Below are positions 30,752 to 39,738 of a stretch of DNA of 64,000 nt, piece after piece (position 1 is the stretch's first letter; each line of letters starts with the position of its first letter). A model generated the notes under the pieces. It saw only the letters and a program-made list of their open reading frames with translations, ran no database searches and was not told the origin of the DNA. The position numbers and the translations under genes were made by a program. Source of the DNA: Halarcobacter sp. (GTDB lineage: Bacteria; Campylobacterota; Campylobacteria; Campylobacterales; Arcobacteraceae); the NCBI GenBank assembly GCA_963676565.1, contig OY781089.1, positions 352,001 to 416,000 of the forward strand, written 5' to 3'.

Positions 30752-33700
30752 ACTTCTAGGAAGTGCAACTCTAAGCTTTGCAGCTCCTAGTGGTGGAGTG
30801 GTTACTTCTGGGTCTGCTACTATTTCTCAAAGTGGAAATACAACCAATATAAACCAATCTACCTCAAAAGCTTCTATCAATTGGCAAAAGTTTGGTATAA
30901 AAGCAGACGAAGTAGTAAACTTCAATCAACCAAATAAAAACTCTATTACACTTAATAGAGTTATTGGTAATGAAAGAAGTATCATAGATGGAGCATTAAA
31001 TGCCAATGGTCAAGTTTGGATACTTAATTCAAACGGAGTACTCTTTAGTAAAAATGCTTCAATTAATACCTCAGGACTATTAGCTACCACTAAAGATATT
31101 TCAGATACTAACTTTCAAAAAGGAAACTATACTTTTAGTGGAGATTCTACAGAATCTATTATCAACCAAGGTACTATAAAAGTTAAAAATAATGGTTATG
31201 TAATCTTTGCTTCTAATGAAGCTAAAAATGATGGAGTGATAGAAGCTATAAAAGGAAGAGTTCAATTAACAGGAGCTGATGAATATACTATAAATCTAAA
31301 TGGTAACTCTTTAATAGACTTGTCTGTAGATAAAGGAACTTTAGATGCACTAGTAGAAAACTCTGGAACTATACTAGCAGATGGTGGAGAGATATATCTT
31401 ACTACTCATGCAGTAGATGAACTTCTAAGAGGAGTAGTAAATAATACAGGTATCATAGAAGCAAACTCACTAGATGGTATTTCAGGTCATGTGGAACTTT
31501 ATGCCCATGGGGGAACTGCAAACATTGATGGAACTATAAAAGCTAAAGGTGGGTTTGTAGAGACTTCAGGAAAAGAACTAAATGTAGCTTCAACAACTTC
31601 TATAGAAACTTCAAAATGGCTTTTAGATCCTGTTAATATGACTATAGAATCAACTGGTGGAAGTGATATAACAGGTGCTAGTGTAAGTGCAACAGCAATT
31701 CAAAGTGCTTTAGTATCTGCTGATGTTGAACTTCAAGCTGACCAAGATATAACTATAGCTGAAAACATCACTTGGGGAGATGATACAAAGCTTACTTTAA
31801 CAGCAGGTGATGAGATATATGTAAATGCAACTATAGAAAACACCAATGCTACTAATGGTGGAGTTTATTTTAATGCAGCCAATAAAAACTCAACTATAAA
31901 ATTTGATGCAACTACTGGAAAAGTAATCATAAATAATATCAATCAACTTCAGTGGATAAGTCAAGCTTTAAATGGTAATTATGAACTAGGCTCAAATATT
32001 GATGCAAGTGATACTAGAAACTGGAATAGCGGTTATGGCTTTAAACAAATAGGAGATCAATCTACAAATAATATAGATACAAGATTTACAGGAAACTTTG
32101 ATGGTAAAGGCTATATTATAGATGGCCTTTATATCAATAGACCTAGTGAAAATAATGTAGGGTTATTTGGTTATACTACTAATGGTGCAAAAATATCAAA
32201 TCTGGGACTTACAAACCTTTACATAAGAGGAAATGAGGAGGTTGGTGGTCTTATAGGTAGAAGTTATTCTAATACTTTAGTTTCAAACTCTTATGTTACT
32301 GGAAAAGTTATCGGTCGTGGCAATGTAGGAGGTTTAATAGGACTTACTTATTATACTACGATTAATAATTCCTATACAAACACAACATTAAGTGCAAGCT
32401 ACAATATAGGAGGGCTTGTTGGATATGTAGAACAAAACTTAAATATCAACAACTCCTATGCTATAGGAAAGATAAGTGGAAGTTTTAATGTTGGAGGGTT
32501 AGTTGGTTTTATTCAGGTTAGATCCCCTATCACAAACTCATACTGGGATATAGACACCACAGGAGTGACAAGTGGTGTAGGGGAAGGTCCATACTCAGGA
32601 AGTTTTGTAGGAATCTATAGCTCTACCAACACTGTAAACGCCTTCAATCAAGCAACTTACGCAGGCTTTGATTTTACCAATGATTGGTTTATGATTGAAG
32701 GTGAGACAAGACCTTTTTTAAGAAGTGAATACTCTACTACTATCACAAATGACCATCAACTCCAACTTATGGCTATGAACTTAAGTGCAGACTATACTTT
32801 AGCCAATGATATAAAATACACAGGCGATATGTGGAGCTCTAAAGGGTTTGACCCTATTGGAACTAACGCTACTAGATTCACAGGAAGCTTTGATGGCTTA
32901 GGCCATACGATAAGTGATGTACTTATCAATAGACCAACTACTGATGATGTAGGTCTATTTGGTCATACAAATGCAGGTTCACTTATCCAAAACGTTGGTC
33001 TTGTTGGTGGGAGTGTGAAAGGAAAGAATAGTGTCGGTGGTCTTGTTGGAAAACATAGAGGAACCATTACAAACTCTTATGCTACGGGGAGTGTGGATGG
33101 ACAGAATGATGTTGGTGGTCTTGTTGGAGAAAACATAGAAACCATTCAAAACTCTTATGCTGCAGGGAGTGTAAGTGGCATTAGTAGTGTTGGTGGTCTT
33201 GTTGGATTCGATATGTATGGAACCATTGAAAACTCTTATGCTTCGGGAAGTGTAAGTGGAACTAATAATGTTGGTGGTCTTATTGGAGCGGCTATGTCGA
33301 GCCCCACTACAGACTCCTACTGGGATATAGGTACCACAGGGCAAACTTCAAGTAGTGGTGGTGGCACAGGCTTAACCACAGAGGAGATGCAAGAACAAGC
33401 AAACTTTATAGGCTTTGATTTTACAAATGATTGGATAATCTATGAAGGGCATACTAGACCTCTTTTAAGAGCTTTTATGACAGAAGTGACAGTAAATGCA
33501 GGTGCCACAAGAGATTATAATGGAGAAGTATATACTCCTTCTTTTGATAAGTTAAACTACTCAAAAGAAGTTGATACCTCACTTGTTTTAGGTACTCCTA
33601 ATTTTACAACTACAGGAAATTTAAAAAATGCAGGAACTGCTACAATAAATGTAGATGGGCTGTACTCTTCTCAACAAGGGTATATCATAAACTATGATAC

Positions 33701-34466
33701 AGGAACTTTAACTACAAATAAAAAAGATATCACAGTCACTGCAAACTCTAAAACTACTACTTATGATGGTACGATTCAAACTTCAAGTGGCTTTACTGCA
33801 AGCGGTTTAGTAAGTGGAGAAACTGTTGCTGTACTTGATGGAGTGACAGGAGATAGTGTAAGTGGTAAAAATGCAGGGACTTATAATACAAACCTAAGTG
33901 GTACAGATGAAAACTATAATTTAACTTTTCAAAATGGTAGTTTAGTTATCAACAAAAGAGCCTTAAGTTTAGAAGCTTCAAAAGAGTATGATGGAACAGC
34001 TGACCTAACAGGCTTTGTAAGCTTTGGTAATCTGGTAGGAAATGAGACATTAGAGTATGCAGATGCCACTGCAAACTCAAAAAAGTCTGGAAATGATAAC
34101 TTCATTTCCAATATCACTTTAAAAGATGGAGAGAATGGTGGACTTGCTAGTAATTATGAACTTCCATCATTGTTAGCGAACTCTTCAAATAATAGTGTGA
34201 CTATAGGAGCTAAACCTGACTTAACTACTGTTATCACACCCATTGCTAATAAAACAGTATTGACAAATAAAGATATTGATACATTAGTAAAAAATGACAT
34301 AGATATAAAAACAATCTTACAACAAGTAAATAATAATGAATTTTCTCTTATCCCAGGGATTGTAATGAAAGTATTAAATGGTGGAATCAATCTTCCTTTT
34401 GGAAGTAAACAGGAGTTTAATTTAGACAATAATAAAAAAGAAGAGGAAAAAAACAACACTATTTAA
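30678..34466 (+). CDS. Two-partner secretion exoprotein TpsA1 (filamentous haemagglutinin N-terminal domain, GLUG repeats, MBG/YDG-like repeats)
   Basis: Extended signal peptide; TPS domain (INWQKF...NFNQP...LNRV...NGQVWILNSNG); VGGLVG...NSY repeats; ITVTANS...YDG modules; upstream of TpsB. Confidence 0.92.
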   Translation: MKLNHNYSSRFRILKGGKISLVVSALLGSATLSFAAPSGGVVTSGSATISQSGNTTNINQSTSKASINWQKFGIKADEVVNFNQPNKNSITLNRVIGNERSIIDGALNANGQVWILNSNGVLFSKNASINTSGLLATTKDISDTNFQKGNYTFSGDSTESIINQGTIKVKNNGYVIFASNEAKNDGVIEAIKGRVQLTGADEYTINLNGNSLIDLSVDKGTLDALVENSGTILADGGEIYLTTHAVDELLRGVVNNTGIIEANSLDGISGHVELYAHGGTANIDGTIKAKGGFVETSGKELNVASTTSIETSKWLLDPVNMTIESTGGSDITGASVSATAIQSALVSADVELQADQDITIAENITWGDDTKLTLTAGDEIYVNATIENTNATNGGVYFNAANKNSTIKFDATTGKVIINNINQLQWISQALNGNYELGSNIDASDTRNWNSGYGFKQIGDQSTNNIDTRFTGNFDGKGYIIDGLYINRPSENNVGLFGYTTNGAKISNLGLTNLYIRGNEEVGGLIGRSYSNTLVSNSYVTGKVIGRGNVGGLIGLTYYTTINNSYTNTTLSASYNIGGLVGYVEQNLNINNSYAIGKISGSFNVGGLVGFIQVRSPITNSYWDIDTTGVTSGVGEGPYSGSFVGIYSSTNTVNAFNQATYAGFDFTNDWFMIEGETRPFLRSEYSTTITNDHQLQLMAMNLSADYTLANDIKYTGDMWSSKGFDPIGTNATRFTGSFDGLGHTISDVLINRPTTDDVGLFGHTNAGSLIQNVGLVGGSVKGKNSVGGLVGKHRGTITNSYATGSVDGQNDVGGLVGENIETIQNSYAAGSVSGISSVGGLVGFDMYGTIENSYASGSVSGTNNVGGLIGAAMSSPTTDSYWDIGTTGQTSSSGGGTGLTTEEMQEQANFIGFDFTNDWIIYEGHTRPLLRAFMTEVTVNAGATRDYNGEVYTPSFDKLNYSKEVDTSLVLGTPNFTTTGNLKNAGTATINVDGLYSSQQGYIINYDTGTLTTNKKDITVTANSKTTTYDGTIQTSSGFTASGLVSGETVAVLDGVTGDSVSGKNAGTYNTNLSGTDENYNLTFQNGSLVINKRALSLEASKEYDGTADLTGFVSFGNLVGNETLEYADATANSKKSGNDNFISNITLKDGENGGLASNYELPSLLANSSNNSVTIGAKPDLTTVITPIANKTVLTNKDIDTLVKNDIDIKTILQQVNNNEFSLIPGIVMKVLNGGINLPFGSKQEFNLDNNKKEEEKNNTI
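33033..33320 (+). repeat. Intragenic tandem GLUG repeats (78-81 nt period)
   Basis: gtYggtggtcttRttgga units start at 33033, 33111, 33189 and 33270. Confidence 0.85.
33719..34450 (+). repeat. Direct repeat R2 copy 1: 3' 732 nt of tpsA1, apparently identical to 37266-37997
   Basis: Identical C-terminal protein sequence, identical antisense shadow ORFs at offset 3547, and ends checked by eye. Confidence 0.88.
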
Positions 34467-34467
34467 G

Positions 34468-34625
34468 AAAAAAGTAACACAAGAAATAACGATAGCTAAA
34501 TATAATACTTAAATATAAGAAAAAAAGTTTTTTTATGTTTAAGGATATATCATGAAATTAAATCACAACTATTCTTCACGTTTTAGAATACTAAAAGGTG
34601 GGAAGATAAGCTTAGTAGTAAGTGC
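34468..34625 (+). repeat. Direct repeat R1 copy 2, including the tpsA2 promoter (TAAC 34475 and 34487, TATAAT 34501)
   Basis: Identical to 30594-30751. Confidence 0.9.
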
Positions 34626-37600
34626 TTTATTAGGAAGTGTAACTCTAAGCTTTGCAGCTCCTAGTGGTGGTACAGTTACTAGTGGTGTTGCAAATATTTC
34701 TCAAAGTGGAAATACAACCAATATAAACCAATCCACACAAAAAGCTAGTATAAACTGGAATAAGTTTAATATAGCTTCCCATGAAACAGTAAACTTCAAT
34801 CAACCAAATGTAAATAGTATAACTCTCAATAGAGTAATAGGAAATGAAAGAAGTATTATAGATGGTGCACTTAATGCCAATGGTCAAGTTTGGATATTAA
34901 ATTCAAATGGAGTACTCTTTGGTAAAAATGCAAGTATAAATACAGCAGGACTATTAGCTACCACTAAAAATATCTCAGATACTGACTTTCAAAAAGGTAA
35001 CTATACTTTTAATGGAGACTCAACTGAATCTATTATCAACCAAGGTACTATAAAAGTTAAAAATAATGGGTATGTAATCTTTGCTTCAAATGAAGCTAAA
35101 AATAGTGGAACTATTGAAGCAGTAAAAGGAAGAGTACAATTAACAGGAGCAGATGAATATACTTTAAACCTAAATGGTAACTCTTTAGTTGATCTAGTTG
35201 TAGATAAAGGAACATTAGATGCTTTAGTTGAAAACTCTGGAACTATCCTAGCAGATGGTGGAGAGATATATCTAACTACTCATGCAGTTGATGAACTTCT
35301 AAGAGGAGTAGTAAATAATACTGGAATCATAGAAGCTAACTCACTAGATGGTATTTCAGGTCATGTAGAACTCTTTGCTCATGGAGGAGAGGCTAATATA
35401 GCTGGAACTATAAAAGCCAAAGGTGGGTTTGTAGAGACTTCAGGGAAAGAGCTAAATGTAGCTTCAACAACTTCTATAGAAACATCAAAATGGCTTTTAG
35501 ATCCAGTTAATATGACTATAGAATCAACAGGTGGAAGTGATATAACAGGTGCTAGTGTAAGTGCTACTGCTATTACAAATGCTCTTTCTTCTGCTGATGT
35601 AGAACTTAAAGCAGACCAAGATATCACTGTCAATGAAGATATCACTTGGGGTGATGCTACAAAGCTTAAACTAACAGCAGGTGATGAGATATATGTCAAT
35701 GCAACTATAGAAAATACCAATGCTACTACTGGTGGGGTTTACTTTAATGCAGTTAATAGAAATGCAGCAATAAAGTTTGATGCAACTACTGGAAAAGTTA
35801 TTATAAATAATATCAATCAACTTCAATGGATAAGTCAAGCTTTAAATGGTAATTATGAATTAGGTTCAAACCTTGATGCTAGTGATACAAGAAATTGGAA
35901 TAGTGATGGAAGCGGTGGTTACTATGGATTTAAACAAATAGGGGATAACTCTACAAATAATATAGACACAAGATTTACAGGAAATTTTGATGGTAAAGGT
36001 TATGTTATAGATGGCTTGTATATCAATAGAGATGTTGAAGGTTATGTAGGGTTGTTTGGTTATACAATTAATGGTGCAAAAATATCAAATGTGGGACTTA
36101 CCAATATTGATATTACAGCAAATAAGTATGTGGGAGGATTAGTTGGATGGAATAATAATTCAACTATCACAAACTCATTTACTACAGGAAAGGTAACTGG
36201 TCATGATGGATATATAGGAGGATTAGCTGGAGAGGATAGATACTCAACAACCACAAACTCATATGCTTTAGTAGATGTAACAGGATATTATTTTGTAGGA
36301 GGATTAGTTGGATATACTAGAGAGTCAACTATCTCAAAGTCATATTATGCGGTAGGAAAGGTAATTAAGGATGGAATTGAAGTAGGAGGATTATTAGTTG
36401 GAGGTTTTACTGTTTCAAACATCTCGAACTCTTATATTACTAATTCCTTTAATGAATCAACTTACGCCGGCTTTGATTTTACTAATGATTGGATCATCTA
36501 TGAAGGTCATACAAGACCTCTTCTAAGAGTATTTATGACAGAACTTACTGTAAAAGCAAATGATGTTACAAGAACTTATGATGGTACCACTTATAATGGA
36601 AGTGCAGGAGTAACTTATTCTATCCCAACTTACGATAGCTCTTTAGTAAATGGTACACTAAACTACACTTCAAGTGATGATTTAAAAAATACTGGAACTG
36701 CTACAATTAACTTAGATGGTTTATACTCTTCTCAACAAGGATATATTATAAACTATGATACAGGTACTTTAACTACAAATAAAAAAGATATCACTATAAA
36801 CTACACAGCTGATAATAAAGTTTATGATGGAACAACAAATGCCATTGTAAATGGAACATTAGCTGGTGTTATTTTTGGAGATACTGTAGCTTTTTCAAAT
36901 ACTTCTGCGAACTTTACCGATAAAAATGCAGCTACTGGAAAAACTGTAAATATCTCTGGTATCACTTTAAGTGGAGTTGATTCAGGTAACTATACTATTT
37001 CTTCTTCAAATTCTGCAACAGCTAATATCTCTAAAAAAGATATAACAGTCACTGCAAATTCAAATACTACCACTTATGATGGAACGGTACACAACATAAG
37101 TGGATTTACTGCAAGTGGTTTAGTAGGTGGAGAAACTATAGCTGTACTTGATGGAGTTACAGGAGATAGTGCAAGTGGTAAAAATGCAGGTACATATAAT
37201 ACAAACCTAAGTGGTACAGATGAAAACTACAACATCACTTTTGTAGATGGTAGTTTAGTTATCTCTAAAAAAGATATCACAGTCACTGCAAACTCTAAAA
37301 CTACTACTTATGATGGTACGATTCAAACTTCAAGTGGCTTTACTGCAAGCGGTTTAGTAAGTGGAGAAACTGTTGCTGTACTTGATGGAGTGACAGGAGA
37401 TAGTGTAAGTGGTAAAAATGCAGGGACTTATAATACAAACCTAAGTGGTACAGATGAAAACTATAATTTAACTTTTCAAAATGGTAGTTTAGTTATCAAC
37501 AAAAGAGCCTTAAGTTTAGAAGCTTCAAAAGAGTATGATGGAACAGCTGACCTAACAGGCTTTGTAAGCTTTGGTAATCTGGTAGGAAATGAGACATTAG

Positions 37601-38007
37601 AGTATGCAGATGCCACTGCAAACTCAAAAAAGTCTGGAAATGATAACTTCATTTCCAATATCACTTTAAAAGATGGAGAGAATGGTGGACTTGCTAGTAA
37701 TTATGAACTTCCATCATTGTTAGCGAACTCTTCAAATAATAGTGTGACTATAGGAGCTAAACCTGACTTAACTACTGTTATCACACCCATTGCTAATAAA
37801 ACAGTATTGACAAATAAAGATATTGATACATTAGTAAAAAATGACATAGATATAAAAACAATCTTACAACAAGTAAATAATAATGAATTTTCTCTTATCC
37901 CAGGGATTGTAATGAAAGTATTAAATGGTGGAATCAATCTTCCTTTTGGAAGTAAACAGGAGTTTAATTTAGACAATAATAAAAAAGAAGAGGAAAATAC
38001 AATATGA
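34552..38007 (+). CDS. Two-partner secretion exoprotein TpsA2, paralogue of TpsA1
   Basis: Same TPS domain, one GLUG module, an extra YDG (ADNKVYDGTT) module and an extra MBG-like module; stop overlaps the tpsB start (ATGA). Confidence 0.92.
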   Translation: MKLNHNYSSRFRILKGGKISLVVSALLGSVTLSFAAPSGGTVTSGVANISQSGNTTNINQSTQKASINWNKFNIASHETVNFNQPNVNSITLNRVIGNERSIIDGALNANGQVWILNSNGVLFGKNASINTAGLLATTKNISDTDFQKGNYTFNGDSTESIINQGTIKVKNNGYVIFASNEAKNSGTIEAVKGRVQLTGADEYTLNLNGNSLVDLVVDKGTLDALVENSGTILADGGEIYLTTHAVDELLRGVVNNTGIIEANSLDGISGHVELFAHGGEANIAGTIKAKGGFVETSGKELNVASTTSIETSKWLLDPVNMTIESTGGSDITGASVSATAITNALSSADVELKADQDITVNEDITWGDATKLKLTAGDEIYVNATIENTNATTGGVYFNAVNRNAAIKFDATTGKVIINNINQLQWISQALNGNYELGSNLDASDTRNWNSDGSGGYYGFKQIGDNSTNNIDTRFTGNFDGKGYVIDGLYINRDVEGYVGLFGYTINGAKISNVGLTNIDITANKYVGGLVGWNNNSTITNSFTTGKVTGHDGYIGGLAGEDRYSTTTNSYALVDVTGYYFVGGLVGYTRESTISKSYYAVGKVIKDGIEVGGLLVGGFTVSNISNSYITNSFNESTYAGFDFTNDWIIYEGHTRPLLRVFMTELTVKANDVTRTYDGTTYNGSAGVTYSIPTYDSSLVNGTLNYTSSDDLKNTGTATINLDGLYSSQQGYIINYDTGTLTTNKKDITINYTADNKVYDGTTNAIVNGTLAGVIFGDTVAFSNTSANFTDKNAATGKTVNISGITLSGVDSGNYTISSSNSATANISKKDITVTANSNTTTYDGTVHNISGFTASGLVGGETIAVLDGVTGDSASGKNAGTYNTNLSGTDENYNITFVDGSLVISKKDITVTANSKTTTYDGTIQTSSGFTASGLVSGETVAVLDGVTGDSVSGKNAGTYNTNLSGTDENYNLTFQNGSLVINKRALSLEASKEYDGTADLTGFVSFGNLVGNETLEYADATANSKKSGNDNFISNITLKDGENGGLASNYELPSLLANSSNNSVTIGAKPDLTTVITPIANKTVLTNKDIDTLVKNDIDIKTILQQVNNNEFSLIPGIVMKVLNGGINLPFGSKQEFNLDNNKKEEENTI
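37027..37494 (+). repeat. Intragenic tandem duplication of a 78-aa MBG-like module (234 nt period)
   Basis: atctctaaaaaagatat starts at 37027 and 37261; ISKKDITVTANS..TTYDG...GSLV occurs twice. Confidence 0.85.
37266..37997 (+). repeat. Direct repeat R2 copy 2
   Basis: Matches 33719-34450. Confidence 0.88.
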
Positions 38008-39671
38008 AAAAAACATCAATACTATTAGCTACAACATTAAGTCTGTATTCAGCACCCGTACCAAATATCGGTGATGTTTTAAAAGAGGTAAAACCTCCAC
38101 AAATAGAAAAGAAAAAAGAGCTTCTCCCTCCACTTCAACAAGAGAGTGAAGAGTATAAAAAAAGTTTTAAAGATGGTAGAAAAATTTTTATTAAAAGTTA
38201 TTCAATAAATGGAAATACTCAACTAAGCACTAAAAAACTACAGACTGTTTTAAAACCTTATGAAGCTAAAAACTTAAACTTTAAAGAGATTCAAGAGATA
38301 GTAAGTCTTATTACAAAAACCTATAGAGATGAGGGATATTTTGTAGCAAGAGCTTATATCCCTACTCAAGATTTACAAGCACAAGATGGAGTACTTAAAA
38401 TATCAATTATAGAAGGGAAGTATGGAGAGTTTAAATTAGAAAACAGTTCATTAGTCAAAGACTCTATCTTACAAGATAAACTTGATGTTACAAAAACAAA
38501 AAAAGTAATAGCTATAAAAGATTTACAAAGAGCACTACTTTTAATCAATGATACCCCAGGAGTAAAAGTAAGTAATACAAAAATTGCTGCTGGGAAAGAA
38601 GTGGGTACAAGTGACTTTATAATAGGAACACAAACCACTCAACCATATAATGGATATGTTATTGCTGATAACTATGGTTCTAAATATACTGGTAAACATA
38701 GAGTTATGGCAGGTGTAGATATAAACTCTCCTTTTAAAATTGGAGATAAAATTTCTTTGTCTGCTTTAAGTTCTGAAGACATGGGCTTATTAAATGGAAG
38801 AGTAGGATATGAATTCCCAATATATAAAAATGGATTAAAGGGTGAAATAAGTTATTCTAAAACTACTTATGAATTAGGAGACAAATATAAAAACCTTGAT
38901 GCCTTAGGTCATGCTGATAGTTTTGTTGCTTTATTTACTTATCCAATTATTCGTTCTAATAGTGAAAACCTAAATACATATTTAAGAACATCGTATAATA
39001 AAATGAATGATAAGATTCAAGCTATCTCTTCAGATATAGAAAAAAATACTCTTGTAGCTAAAATTGGACTAGATTATTTAAAAAATCATCTTATTTATGA
39101 CAAGTATTCACAAACAAAAATGGACGTATCCCTTTCTCTTGGTAGATTAGAGTTTAAATATGCAGTTGATAAAGCAGATGATGAAGCTGGAGCAAATACA
39201 AATGGGAATTTCTCAAAAATAAATATTGAGTTAGAAAACAATACTTTAATTAATGATAAAATAAACTGGAAAAACAAGATTCAACTTCAATATGCTCTTG
39301 GAAATAAAAATCTTGATGGAAGTGAAGACTTCAGTTTAGGAGGAATAAATGGAGTTAAATTTTATCCTAGTGGAGAAGAGAGTGCTGAAAATGGCTATAT
39401 TTATACTACTGAGTTAACTTATACTTTACCTTCATTTAATAACTTAAACTCAAAAATTGGTATGTTCTATGATGTGGGAAGAGTATCTATGAGTAGAGAT
39501 ATAACAAATGAAAAAAATAGAACTTTACAAGATGCAGGTATTAGTTATTCTGGTTCTTATAAAGATTTCTTTGTAAATTCATATCTAGCATATAAAATTG
39601 GTGGTGCTGAAGTTACAAGTAGAGATGACTATGATTCTCGGTTTATGTTTCAAGCTGGTTGGGTGTTTTAA
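38004..39671 (+). CDS. TpsB outer-membrane transporter (ShlB/FhaC/HecB family)
   Basis: Signal peptide, POTRA (YRDEGYFVARAYIP.Q), DNYGSKYTG, LGG..GV..Y loop, terminal GWVF. Confidence 0.93.
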   Translation: MKKTSILLATTLSLYSAPVPNIGDVLKEVKPPQIEKKKELLPPLQQESEEYKKSFKDGRKIFIKSYSINGNTQLSTKKLQTVLKPYEAKNLNFKEIQEIVSLITKTYRDEGYFVARAYIPTQDLQAQDGVLKISIIEGKYGEFKLENSSLVKDSILQDKLDVTKTKKVIAIKDLQRALLLINDTPGVKVSNTKIAAGKEVGTSDFIIGTQTTQPYNGYVIADNYGSKYTGKHRVMAGVDINSPFKIGDKISLSALSSEDMGLLNGRVGYEFPIYKNGLKGEISYSKTTYELGDKYKNLDALGHADSFVALFTYPIIRSNSENLNTYLRTSYNKMNDKIQAISSDIEKNTLVAKIGLDYLKNHLIYDKYSQTKMDVSLSLGRLEFKYAVDKADDEAGANTNGNFSKINIELENNTLINDKINWKNKIQLQYALGNKNLDGSEDFSLGGINGVKFYPSGEESAENGYIYTTELTYTLPSFNNLNSKIGMFYDVGRVSMSRDITNEKNRTLQDAGISYSGSYKDFFVNSYLAYKIGGAEVTSRDDYDSRFMFQAGWVF

Positions 39672-39738
39672 CGCTCCCTACTCCCATTTTATTAAAGATA
39701 TATGCAATTCTATTTGTATCGTTGGCAAGTAAGAAAAC

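Noticed and set aside
33033..33320. Regularly spaced short repeats that superficially resemble a CRISPR array
   Set aside because: They are in-frame GLUG coding repeats inside tpsA1, the intervening sequences resemble each other, and no cas genes are present.
33719..37997. Diversity-generating retroelement template/variable repeat pair
   Set aside because: No reverse transcriptase is in the window, and the repeat copies show no adenine-specific mismatches.
30678..39671. Contact-dependent inhibition (CdiAB) or polymorphic toxin system
   Set aside because: The C-termini are identical rather than variable, there is no VENN/pre-toxin motif, and there is no room for immunity genes (85-nt gap and an ATGA overlap).
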